Shown: positions 52,717 through 61,316 of the stretch, one piece after another | Layout of the letters: every line of letters starts with the position of its first letter | Position numbering within the stretch: position 1 is the first letter of the stretch | Sequence record: MK295204 | From: Shigella phage vB_SdyM_006 | Length of the DNA stretch: 64,000 nucleotides | Direction: 5' to 3' (one strand) | Translations under genes and position numbers: made by a program | The notes under the pieces: model-generated | Told to the model about the DNA's origin: nothing | The model's input: only the letters and a program-made list of their open reading frames with translations | The model's database searches: none

Positions 52717-52733
52717 GATAAAAAGGAGACACT

Positions 52734-53318
52734 ATGTTTGAAATAACATGTAACGACATAACATACAACGCTAGATATTTCACTCTAGACGAATACGAGG
52801 ACGTTCTTAATAAAATAACTGATAATAATATTAAAGACGCCATTAGTGGGCTCTTAATTGATTGTATAGACTCCTACGATACAAACTTGCCTAAACACTA
52901 TGCAGAATGTATTTTTCTTAAATTATGGGCTCACAGTTTAGGTGGAGTAACTAAAGAACTAAATGATATTTTTGTTAATTTTAATTATATAGAAACACCT
53001 AAAGAAAAAGGATTTATTTACAAATTAGATGGATTGAGTCTCAAAATGAGATATCCAAAATTATTTGAAGACTCTGATAAATTAGAAATGGTCATAAATT
53101 GTATTGACTCAGTATTATTAGAAGACCAAACAGAAATTAAAGCTTCAGAGCTTTCTTCAGATGATTTAAACGTTTTATATTCATACTTGACGAAAGACGT
53201 AATTTTTTCGTTAAGAGACGAATTACTTAGACCTAAACCGTATATCGCTTTTCCTGTTGATGACGAAATTAAAACAATAGAAGGGTTTAAAAATTTATTA
53301 GAGGTGATAGATGAGTAA
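52734..53318 (+). CDS. 26: baseplate hub subunit gp26
   Basis: 194 aa (T4 208 aa), synteny. Confidence 0.6.
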   Translation: MFEITCNDITYNARYFTLDEYEDVLNKITDNNIKDAISGLLIDCIDSYDTNLPKHYAECIFLKLWAHSLGGVTKELNDIFVNFNYIETPKEKGFIYKLDGLSLKMRYPKLFEDSDKLEMVINCIDSVLLEDQTEIKASELSSDDLNVLYSYLTKDVIFSLRDELLRPKPYIAFPVDDEIKTIEGFKNLLEVIDE

Positions 53319-53697
53319 AATGAATGTTTTATATTCTGACTTAGACCCTAAAATGGAAAAAGGCTGGGATAAAGACCTGCATAAAGTCGTAGGAGATAGG
53401 GCTGTCAAAAATTCTATTCTAGGAATAATTAGTACTAGGAAAGGGTCTAGACCCTTTGACCCAGAATTTGGGTGTAATATAACAGACCAATTATTCGAAA
53501 ATATGAGTCCATTAATAGAAGACACTATAGAGCGATCTATAGTTTCGGCTATTAAAAATTATGAGCCAAGAGTACAAAGATTAAAAGTTTCTGTTACTGC
53601 ATTGTATGATTCAAATTCTATAGTTGTAGATATTATTTTTTCTATTGTAGATAATCCAGACACATTAGAACAGATAAAAGTTCAATTATCAAAATAG
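53311..53697 (+). CDS. 25: baseplate wedge protein gp25
   Basis: 128 aa (T4 132 aa); gpW/gp25-like pattern (ILGIISTRKGSRPFDPEFGC). Confidence 0.75.
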   Translation: MSKMNVLYSDLDPKMEKGWDKDLHKVVGDRAVKNSILGIISTRKGSRPFDPEFGCNITDQLFENMSPLIEDTIERSIVSAIKNYEPRVQRLKVSVTALYDSNSIVVDIIFSIVDNPDTLEQIKVQLSK

Positions 53698-53704
53698 TTT
53701 ACTA

Positions 53705-53871
53705 TAGTTATTAATTTATTACTTAATAGTTATATATAATATATAAAGAACTTAATAAAATAATAAAAATTCTGGAGCTGCGCTCCAGATTTCTTTAGAA
53801 ATAGTAACATATAGTTATTAATTTATTACTTAATAGTTATATAGAATATACTATACTTTTAATAAATTAAT
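53705..53871. repeat. copy B (inverted) of the ~166-bp element; hairpin CTGGAGC-TGC-GCTCCAG at 53771-53787
   Basis: Reverse complement identical to 8491-8656 apart from the 3-nt hairpin loop. Confidence 0.9.
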
Positions 53872-53936
53872 TTACTAGAGTTACTATTAATAGGCTATTA
53901 TAATAAAATGGTTATAATGAATCATTTGGAGGAACT

Positions 53937-54347
53937 ATGAATTTAGAAGAATTACAAACAATGTTATCAGAAGATTTAAGAATTGATCCATTAAAACTTC
54001 AATATGAAGCTGCAAATAATCCAACATTATATGGAAAATGGTTAAAAATTTATTCTGATATAAAGAAAGGAATTATTTCTTATGAAGCTAATAAGAAAAA
54101 ACTTTTAAAACAAAGATTAGACCATTATACTGGACGTGGTGATGAAGTGTGTATGGACTTATATGAAAAATCAGAACTTAAAACTGTTATTGCAGCTGAC
54201 CCAGAAATTTTGAAAACACAAACATCTGTGGAATATAGAACATTATTATTGGATTTTGCATCAAAAGCTTTAGATGCTATTAAAGCCCGTGGATTTAGTA
54301 TTAAGCACATTCTAGAATGTAGACAATTTGAGGCAGGAACAAAATGA
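53937..54347 (+). CDS. uvsY: recombination mediator UvsY
   Basis: Strong match to remembered T4 UvsY (KLQYEAANN, YSGRGD/YTGRGD, LLDF.S.ALDAIK.RGF.IKHI). Confidence 0.9.
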   Translation: MNLEELQTMLSEDLRIDPLKLQYEAANNPTLYGKWLKIYSDIKKGIISYEANKKKLLKQRLDHYTGRGDEVCMDLYEKSELKTVIAADPEILKTQTSVEYRTLLLDFASKALDAIKARGFSIKHILECRQFEAGTK

Positions 54348-54715
54348 CAAGCATTGATGTATTGAATCAACAGATTGATTTAGCTTCTTCAATTGAAGGA
54401 ATTACTGACAAAACTCCTGTAATAAAATCAATGAAACACTATTTAAGAGATATAAATAATATTAAGCCAATGGCTGAAGGTATACTTAAAAGTAATAAAT
54501 TACCTGATTATACATTATCTCAAATCATTGAAGAACTAAAAGGATGGGCTATGGACCATATTTGTGTAGTTTGTAAAAAGCCTATTGATGAGAGTTTAGT
54601 TATCTATAACGATAATAATGAACCTGTTCATCCGGGGCCTTGTTATAATTTTGCTAAAGAACAACCTGTAACAGAATCAGGTCATTCTTTAAATGAAGTA
54701 GAATTATTAATGTAA
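54344..54715 (+). CDS. hypothetical protein (uvsY-adjacent; possible Zn-ribbon C..C...H..C)
   Basis: ORF overlapping the uvsY stop; HICVVCKKPID...HPGPC. Confidence 0.5.
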   Translation: MTSIDVLNQQIDLASSIEGITDKTPVIKSMKHYLRDINNIKPMAEGILKSNKLPDYTLSQIIEELKGWAMDHICVVCKKPIDESLVIYNDNNEPVHPGPCYNFAKEQPVTESGHSLNEVELLM

Positions 54716-54720
54716 AAAAT

Positions 54721-54747
54721 AAAAGACGAGGGTTACTCGTCTTTTTC
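54721..54747. terminator. bidirectional terminator (AGACGAG-GGTTA-CTCGTCT)
   Basis: Hairpin with A-run upstream and T-run downstream, between convergent genes. Confidence 0.6.
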
Positions 54748-54954
54748 TGTTTCTAAATCTTCTAATTCTAATCTCTTGCCTTCTAAGGCATCTCTTATAG
54801 AGATATCATCAGTATCTTTAATTTCTAATTCTTTTATACGTTTAGAATAATATTTTTCTAATTCGTCTAAACCAGCCAATGTTTGACATTCTCTTATTTT
54901 GTTCATAAAAGTTTCGACACTAGCTTCGATTAAAATATCTTTAAATTTTAACAT
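54733..54954 (-). CDS. UvsW.1-like small acidic protein
   Basis: 73 aa, directly downstream of uvsW on the same strand. Confidence 0.55.
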   Translation of the reverse strand: MLKFKDILIEASVETFMNKIRECQTLAGLDELEKYYSKRIKELEIKDTDDISIRDALEGKRLELEDLETEKDE

Positions 54955-56453
54955 AATTTTACCTCTCTCATAGAATAATCAAATTGTTCACTTGCATACC
55001 TTTCTATACGTTCTAAAGCGTGTTTTAATGCATAATTTAAATGTACATATTTCTTTTTAGAATTTTTAGATTTAGGTTTTACACCCATGTCATCTACAAT
55101 GTCCCAAAGAACACCTTCAGCTTTAGAACCATGTAATCTAAGAACACGTCCAATAGATTGTAATACGGTTACTTTTGATTTAATTGGGTGTGCAAATATA
55201 ACATGGTGTAAATTTTTTATAGATACACCAGCACTGAAAACACCATAAGAAGCGACTACAACCATCCCTGAGCGTTTTTCTGCTAAGGCCTTTATAATAT
55301 CTCTATCTTTGTCTTTAACTTCTCCTGCGATAAAGAAGACGTTTTCTTCGCCATATATAGCCTTACATGCCTCGTATAGATCTTTACCATGGGCTATTCT
55401 ATCAAACATAACAAACACATTTTCATTTTTAGATGCTAATTTACATGCAAGTTTAGCTATCCATTCATTACGCTGTTTAGCTTTAATAATGATTTTAATT
55501 TCATCTTGATACGAAAATCCTTTAACTTTTTCTGTAAACGCATCCGGGTATCTTAAAAACAAAGTATTAATTTTAAGTTTAGACACTTGTCCTGCTTCCA
55601 TTAGTTCAGCCGTGGACACTGGTTTGTATATATCTCCAAATAATCCGATATATTGCATTACATTAGCTTTGCCATCTTTAACGGTTCCTGTTAGCCCGAA
55701 TTTAAATTTACAGTTGTTTAATCCGTTAATAATAGTACTAATACTTTTACCAGTCGCTAAATGACACTCATCATTCATTAACATTCCAAATTGACTAAAC
55801 CATTCTTTTGGTTGCTTAATAGCTGTCTGCCAGGTTGATACGTAAACCAAAGCATCAGAATCTTTAGCTGTACCGCCTTTTATTCCTAATAACATTTCTT
55901 TAGAAAATAGTCTATAGTCGACTAAGTCATCAATCATTTGTTTAACAAGAATAGTTGTTGGAACTAAAATTAAAACTTTACCTTGAAAGTTTTCTATATA
56001 ATAACGTGCTAAGAGCGCCTGGATCAACGATTTACCAGCTGATGTAGGTAAATTCAATAAAGCTCTATTTTGTGTTAAGCCTTTAACTACAGAATCTTTT
56101 TGATACCAATGAGGCGTTATCTTAGATGACCCAGAATATATTTCTTTAGAATCTATCCAATCAGAAACTTCTTTTTCAGTAATATCGCCATTATCATATA
56201 TTTTAGGATCCGTTTCTACAGTATAGTCCATATTAGAAGCAAACTTTTTAACATAGTTCACAAGCCCGTATGGTAATAAGCCGTCATACCCTAAAATTCT
56301 AATCTTGCCGTCCCATTGACCATATTTAAATTTTGGATTAAATTGGTACCCAGGAGTTTCGAAAGAGAAATAATCTCTTAATTCAAAGAACACAGAATCT
56401 TCACACTCGATTTTTACACTACTATAATCGTAAAACTTTAATTTAATATCCAT
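54948..56453 (-). CDS. uvsW: UvsW DNA/RNA-DNA helicase
   Basis: Extensive match to remembered T4 UvsW (MDIK..F.D.S.V.I.CE, helicase motif I NLPTSAGKSLIQALLARYY, DECHLATGKS, VLQSIGRVLR); start set at MDIKLKF (56453) with RBS AAGGTGA. Confidence 0.9.
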   Translation of the reverse strand: MDIKLKFYDYSSVKIECEDSVFFELRDYFSFETPGYQFNPKFKYGQWDGKIRILGYDGLLPYGLVNYVKKFASNMDYTVETDPKIYDNGDITEKEVSDWIDSKEIYSGSSKITPHWYQKDSVVKGLTQNRALLNLPTSAGKSLIQALLARYYIENFQGKVLILVPTTILVKQMIDDLVDYRLFSKEMLLGIKGGTAKDSDALVYVSTWQTAIKQPKEWFSQFGMLMNDECHLATGKSISTIINGLNNCKFKFGLTGTVKDGKANVMQYIGLFGDIYKPVSTAELMEAGQVSKLKINTLFLRYPDAFTEKVKGFSYQDEIKIIIKAKQRNEWIAKLACKLASKNENVFVMFDRIAHGKDLYEACKAIYGEENVFFIAGEVKDKDRDIIKALAEKRSGMVVVASYGVFSAGVSIKNLHHVIFAHPIKSKVTVLQSIGRVLRLHGSKAEGVLWDIVDDMGVKPKSKNSKKKYVHLNYALKHALERIERYASEQFDYSMREVKLC

Positions 56454-56466
56454 TACTTTCACCTTG

Positions 56467-56474
56467 TTATAAAT
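56467..56474 (+). promoter_or_regulatory. T4-type late promoter TATAAATA (inh-hoc)
   Basis: Exact TATAAATA 35 nt upstream of the 56509 ATG. Confidence 0.5.
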
Positions 56475-56480
56475 ACATAT

Positions 56481-56488
56481 ATATTTAT
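56481..56488 (-). promoter_or_regulatory. T4-type late promoter TATAAATA on minus strand (uvsW)
   Basis: Exact TATAAATA on minus strand 28 nt upstream of uvsW ATG. Confidence 0.5.
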
Positions 56489-56508
56489 ACAAAGCCTAAG
56501 AGGACATT

Positions 56509-57222
56509 ATGAAAATTGATCAACAATATATTGATTCTTTAACTGAAGAATATACTTCAGGCGAAATTGATAGAAAAACAGCTAAACAAAAATTAACAGA
56601 TTATGCTAAAGAATCTTTTAATTTTGATTTAAACAAACAAAAAAGTTTTGAGAATATGATTGTTCAGCTTAAAGAAATGATCGATAATTATGTAGAACCC
56701 GAATTAGAAGAACAAGATGGAATTTCTATTAAAGATCTAATTACCGCAGCTGACCAATTAGATGGTAAAAGTGTTTTTAATGATGCCAATGAAGAAGCAT
56801 TAGAATTACTTTCAGATGTTTCTTATGATGGAATTAAACCAGATTTGGTAATTAAAACACCCCAACCACAAATTACTAAAGAAGAAATTATTGATAAACC
56901 AGAAAAATCTTTAATAAGTAAGAATTTAGAAGTTAAAGAAGAAATTAAATCCCAAGAATATATGCCGGAATCGGCAAAATATGTTCTTCCTGATGGGTTC
57001 TCTCCAACTATTACATTAATTGGTAAAACTCCTGGATATTATACTCTTCCATGGTGGATTTATCAATGGATTTTAGAAAATGAAGATTGGAAAGATAGGC
57101 CAGAAGAATGCCCCGAGTATTCAGCTATTAATATTTTAAAATCATTGATTTACTTTATTAATAGAGATGGACAGGTCAAAATTAGAGAAACAAGAAATTC
57201 AAGATTTTATACCCTAAAATAA
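56509..57222 (+). CDS. hypothetical protein, possibly Inh-like (prohead protease inhibitor) by position
   Basis: 237 aa between uvsW and hoc, as inh is in T4; no sequence-level confirmation. Confidence 0.35.
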   Translation: MKIDQQYIDSLTEEYTSGEIDRKTAKQKLTDYAKESFNFDLNKQKSFENMIVQLKEMIDNYVEPELEEQDGISIKDLITAADQLDGKSVFNDANEEALELLSDVSYDGIKPDLVIKTPQPQITKEEIIDKPEKSLISKNLEVKEEIKSQEYMPESAKYVLPDGFSPTITLIGKTPGYYTLPWWIYQWILENEDWKDRPEECPEYSAINILKSLIYFINRDGQVKIRETRNSRFYTLK

Positions 57223-57231
57223 GGATTATAT

Positions 57232-58056
57232 ATGAGTATAGTACTAAAATTAACACCAGAGAACCCTAAAATTACTATAGGAGAATCTCAAGAATTCACC
57301 ATGACTACAGAGAATCAAACAGATGAGACTCTAAAATATGAATGGTATATTAATGAAGACATATATGAAGCCACAAATAAAAATATGACATATACACCTG
57401 ATAAATCAGGTGAATTTATTATAAAATGTAAAGTATCTTCTTTAGGATTAGAAGGGGAAACCGTTTTAGGCGAAGAATCCACCACTTTAACTGTAAATCT
57501 TAAAACTATAACCGATTTGACGACAAATATTACAGGCCCAAAAGAAGCAGAATATGGCGAAGAATTTGAACTTGTTGTAAATGCTGAAACTACAGCAGAA
57601 TCTCCTAAATATACATATAAATGGTCTAGTGGTGAAACTACAAAAAAAATAAAGGTAATTGAATCTGAAGAAGGTGAAAAAACTTTTACATGTACAGTAA
57701 CATGTAAATCAACTAATTATGAACCCGCTACTTCAACATCAGAACATAAAGTTTCTATATCAAAACCCGTAGTTCCTGAACCAGATCCGTCTTGTGAATC
57801 ATGTAGATATATTCATCCTTTAGACCATAGAGAATCAGCATATTTATGGGTAGGATACTGGGTACTAGAAGAAATAGAAAAAGCCGTGGAAGAAGGAATT
57901 GATTGGAAGAAGCCAGATGATACTGATCTAAAATATAAATGTGATTTGAAGACCCTCGCATTTATGTTAGAAAAATACCCTAATGTAGATGTACAAGAAT
58001 CAAGAAATGGATATATCTTATCTAAAGACGATATTGAAAATGGGGTTATTTACTAA
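57232..58056 (+). CDS. hoc: Hoc-like outer capsid protein (two Ig-like domains + capsid-binding C-terminus)
   Basis: C-terminus matches remembered T4 Hoc (HPL.HR.SAY.W.G.WV..EI.K..EEG.DWK..D.D.KY, VDVQESRNGYI); N-terminal repeated Ig-like units. Confidence 0.8.
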   Translation: MSIVLKLTPENPKITIGESQEFTMTTENQTDETLKYEWYINEDIYEATNKNMTYTPDKSGEFIIKCKVSSLGLEGETVLGEESTTLTVNLKTITDLTTNITGPKEAEYGEEFELVVNAETTAESPKYTYKWSSGETTKKIKVIESEEGEKTFTCTVTCKSTNYEPATSTSEHKVSISKPVVPEPDPSCESCRYIHPLDHRESAYLWVGYWVLEEIEKAVEEGIDWKKPDDTDLKYKCDLKTLAFMLEKYPNVDVQESRNGYILSKDDIENGVIY

Positions 58057-58063
58057 ACAAAAA

Positions 58064-58090
58064 AGGGACCAATTGGTCCCTTTTTATTTT
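58064..58090. terminator. bidirectional terminator (AGGGACC-AATT-GGTCCCT)
   Basis: Hairpin with A6 upstream and T-rich tract downstream. Confidence 0.6.
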
Positions 58091-58359
58091 TATTTTCTAA
58101 AGATCTTACCAAATTTGCTAATCACAAAATTCTCACCAACTTTAATATCGATACGAATAGAAACATGTCCTATTGTATCAGTATTCAACATATCACTTAA
58201 AGACATTGAAGAATGTCTTTCGAAATCTTCAACAATATTAAACCCATCATTATCACAATGAGTGTCAATAAATTCTTTAAGCTTTACTGAGCTTCCTTCA
58301 GATAAAATAGGGTCATTATAGAAACGACAAGATGATTCAAATAATTTTAAAGTAACCAT
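58090..58359 (-). CDS. hypothetical protein
   Basis: Start set at internal ATG 58357-58359 (MVTLKLF...) with strong RBS AAAGGAGA. Confidence 0.45.
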   Translation of the reverse strand: MVTLKLFESSCRFYNDPILSEGSSVKLKEFIDTHCDNDGFNIVEDFERHSSMSLSDMLNTDTIGHVSIRIDIKVGENFVISKFGKIFRK

Positions 58360-58419
58360 GATATTCTCCTTTGTTGTTGATGTAAGTATAGTAACACTAC
58401 ACAAAGGAGATGTAAACAA

Positions 58420-60483
58420 TTAAATAATAAATTTTTCTGGGACAAAAGTAAGATCAACAGCTGTTGATAATAATTCTAGCCCTTTTTGACTAATTTTACC
58501 AGTATTTTCTTTTAAGAATTCTTTAAACCCAATTTTTTCGATTTTTCCTTCAGATAAAAACTTATTTCCGTCAATAAGTTCGCTTTCATCTAGTAATTCT
58601 GGATCCACTACAGATGTTTCTACTAATATTGGTCTATTAAATTCTATATCACGAGCGTTTTCATAACCGTGGATAGAATGAATCTTAAGAGCTAAACCTC
58701 TAGGTAAAATCACCTCGCATTCACTAGAGTATTTTGACATATTACCAGGAATAATAACATTGACTTTATGTGCACCTTTAATAGTTATACCCATAGAAAT
58801 GTTAATATCTGTTTTCTTAGTTGCTTTCTTACCATTAACGGCTACACCAATATTTTTTGGTGTCATAACTGTTGATATAACATCATCGAATGTTTCGGAT
58901 TCAAAAGTTACTGTAGTCGCGTTAGGTTTAATATTATCAAGAACATCATTTCGTTCCCCAAAAATAATTGGAGCTAATGAAGTCGAAATATAATTAGGAA
59001 AATATAATGTTTTATTTTTAGCAGCTTTTTCTACGTCGGCATAAGGTAATTTTTGTGCTCTATATAAAATAGTTCCTTTTTCTAACTTGGTTCCTTTTTT
59101 GAAGGCCCCATCTAAGACAGGAATTTTGTTTTCATACACAGATTTTAAACTTTTATCTTTACCAAGCAAAAAGTCGTTCATTTCTTCATATCCACGTAAA
59201 GCATAATCTGTGATAACTTTTCGCTCTTCTTCTGTTAAATCCATTTCTGTTTCGGTTCTAAATAACTCTTCTAAAGGAGTATAGAAAACATTTCTGTTTA
59301 AAGCAGAGATACAGCCTCTTAAAGCTCTAGTCTTAGCCACATTATCGTCAGGTCCATATGTTTCTAAATCTTCGGCTATTTTTTTGTAAACATCCATAGC
59401 ATTATTAGAAGTTTTGAGCGCATTGTTAATTATCAATATATACGGTTTTGCTAATTTATATTTTTCTTCACTAGATAAATGATAAAAATTTTCAACACCA
59501 TACCCAGATATGCGTTCTAAAGAATCTAATAAAAATCTAGCTTCTAGATCTGATTCTTCTTCACTCACGGCCGAATTTATTTTATCTAAAAACACAGATT
59601 TAGATTCATCAATTTTATTAAGGACATTTTTATGAACTAATGCAATTTTTGTAGAATCACTTTGGACAATAGGAGGATTATCTTGTAGTTCAATATATTT
59701 TCTTCTTCCTTCTTCAGAATAATTTTCTAAGTCTTCTGGTTTAGAAACACCATACATTGCTGATAATAATTCACGTCTAGAAACTTTAGTTTTTGAAATG
59801 ACAGATCGTTCACTTCTTGTGTTTTCTTGTGCTGCAATACTTCCTGCAATGGCTTCTAATTTAGACACTTGCTTGCCAGTTTTGTCATTGATATACACAT
59901 CACCTACTTTAGAATCGACTTTAGTATATAAGTCAGAATCAATACCAGGAATCCCAGCGATGTCTTCTAAAGGTCTGTTTTTACGATATATTAAAACATA
60001 AGCATGTTTACCTGTAAATTGATACAAATCTTCTAAGACAACAAATTTACCACCAGTACGTTGCATAGCCAGACGTTTGATTATTCTTTGTAATGTCTTT
60101 TCTTGGCCTTTCATTTTTTTAGCAGGGAATCTAAATAAAACTGCGTCCATTTTAAGTTTTTTAACTTGTTCGTATACAGTGTCAAAAATAGTATTCAATG
60201 CCCCAATAGGGTCTGAGCCTAAACCATTTCTTAATTCTGCTGCATTACCATTTTTAGACAAACTCATCAAAAACACTTGAACAAATTTATCACCTTGCTT
60301 TACTGCTTTTAATGCATCGCCTTTAGATAAATAAGACACCATTCTAACTAAAAGATTGTCATTTCCAGGAACACTGACATTCCATAATTGAGGGACCTTA
60401 GCCCTTTTATTAAGATTAATAGCTTTATATTGAGCTATTTCTGAATCAAAAACCTCATTTAAATTAATTTCATTTAATTCCAT
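58420..60483 (-). CDS. alt: ADP-ribosyltransferase Alt-like (capsid-packaged RNA polymerase modifier)
   Basis: 687 aa (T4 Alt 682 aa); C-terminal ART triad in order R (YRAQKL), S-T-S (YISTSLAP), E-x-E (SECEVILP); late promoter upstream. Confidence 0.75.
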   Translation of the reverse strand: MELNEINLNEVFDSEIAQYKAINLNKRAKVPQLWNVSVPGNDNLLVRMVSYLSKGDALKAVKQGDKFVQVFLMSLSKNGNAAELRNGLGSDPIGALNTIFDTVYEQVKKLKMDAVLFRFPAKKMKGQEKTLQRIIKRLAMQRTGGKFVVLEDLYQFTGKHAYVLIYRKNRPLEDIAGIPGIDSDLYTKVDSKVGDVYINDKTGKQVSKLEAIAGSIAAQENTRSERSVISKTKVSRRELLSAMYGVSKPEDLENYSEEGRRKYIELQDNPPIVQSDSTKIALVHKNVLNKIDESKSVFLDKINSAVSEEESDLEARFLLDSLERISGYGVENFYHLSSEEKYKLAKPYILIINNALKTSNNAMDVYKKIAEDLETYGPDDNVAKTRALRGCISALNRNVFYTPLEELFRTETEMDLTEEERKVITDYALRGYEEMNDFLLGKDKSLKSVYENKIPVLDGAFKKGTKLEKGTILYRAQKLPYADVEKAAKNKTLYFPNYISTSLAPIIFGERNDVLDNIKPNATTVTFESETFDDVISTVMTPKNIGVAVNGKKATKKTDINISMGITIKGAHKVNVIIPGNMSKYSSECEVILPRGLALKIHSIHGYENARDIEFNRPILVETSVVDPELLDESELIDGNKFLSEGKIEKIGFKEFLKENTGKISQKGLELLSTAVDLTFVPEKFII

Positions 60484-60513
60484 TTTATCACCTTTATAAT
60501 AAGAATATATTAC

Positions 60514-60521
60514 TATTTATA
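60514..60521 (-). promoter_or_regulatory. T4-type late promoter TATAAATA on minus strand (alt)
   Basis: Exact TATAAATA on minus strand 31 nt upstream of alt ATG. Confidence 0.55.
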
Positions 60522-60534
60522 CCAAAAAGGAGAC

Positions 60535-60560
60535 CGAAGTCTCCTTGTTTTTATATTATT
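60535..60560 (-). terminator. intrinsic terminator on minus strand (GGAGAC-CGAA-GTCTCC; T-run on minus)
   Basis: Hairpin followed by TTTTTGG on the minus strand downstream of ORF 60564..60773. Confidence 0.55.
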
Positions 60561-60563
60561 TAT

Positions 60564-60773
60564 TTATTCACCAATTTCTTCTAAGAAATTCTCATAATCA
60601 GTTGGGAATCTTTTCCAAAACTTTTTAATTTTTTGTTCTTTATTCTTGCATTCTGCCAATGAAATCATTAAACCGTTATCAGAATCAGATTCAACTCGTG
60701 TTAATGTTAAACCTAATTCAGAAAGTGCTGTTAAGTGATTTTGTGCCAATACATATAAATATAAATCAAACAT
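60564..60773 (-). CDS. hypothetical small protein
   Basis: Start set at cassette ATG (MFDLYLYV...) 8 nt after GGAG; the track ORF extends upstream into the promoter. Confidence 0.45.
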   Translation of the reverse strand: MFDLYLYVLAQNHLTALSELGLTLTRVESDSDNGLMISLAECKNKEQKIKKFWKRFPTDYENFLEEIGE

Positions 60774-60813
60774 AATATACTCCGTTGTTTCCGTGTGTTG
60801 TTTCAATATGTAT

Positions 60814-60842
60814 ATAATAACATGTCTACAGCAAAAGTAAAC
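60814..60842 (-). promoter_or_regulatory. sigma70-like early-type promoter, cassette copy 1 (-35 GTTTAC, 17 bp, TGt-TATTAT)
   Basis: Minus strand reads tgtttac-ttttgctgtagacatgt-tattat; identical core to the copy at 61136-61164. Confidence 0.55.
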
Positions 60843-60861
60843 ATGTTATTGTGGCTTTTTA

Positions 60862-61098
60862 TTAAATAATTCTAGCTATCAATGCAGAAGTATTAATACT
60901 AACAGTAAATTCCATTGGCGTTTCATCTTCTTCAGAACTAATTACCATTGAATGGATTTCGGTAACACCAGATACGGATAAAACTCTATCTTCAATAATA
61001 GTTATATGTGAAGAATATTCAAAAGGACCATATGGGTCTCCATCTAATCTAGATGTATCTTTAAGCATTTTTAACAATTCAGCACTTGATAATTTCAT
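60862..61098 (-). CDS. hypothetical small protein
   Basis: Start set at cassette ATG (MKLSSAELLK...) after GGAGTATATA; the track ORF extends upstream into the promoter. Confidence 0.45.
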   Translation of the reverse strand: MKLSSAELLKMLKDTSRLDGDPYGPFEYSSHITIIEDRVLSVSGVTEIHSMVISSEEDETPMEFTVSINTSALIARII

Positions 61099-61135
61099 TA
61101 TATACTCCATTTTCGTATGTTGTTTCAATATGTAT

Positions 61136-61164
61136 ATAATAACATGTCTACAGCAAAAGTAAAC
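61136..61164 (-). promoter_or_regulatory. sigma70-like early-type promoter, cassette copy 2
   Basis: Same sequence as copy 1. Confidence 0.55.
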
Positions 61165-61167
61165 AAA

Positions 61168-61190
61168 AAAGAGCCTTTCGGCTCTAAATA
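61168..61190 (-). terminator. intrinsic terminator on minus strand (AGAGCC-TTTC-GGCTCT; T-run on minus)
   Basis: Hairpin followed by TTTTTTGTTT on minus strand, downstream of the ligase gene. Confidence 0.5.
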
Positions 61191-61316
61191 ATTTTTGATA
61201 AATCATCTTGTATTGCTAAGATTTTATGAAAATCTGATTCTCTTATAGGACAAGACTTATCTAACTTAAATGATATTAAAGAATTCATAAAGATAGATTC
61301 TATTTGTTCTTCTAAA

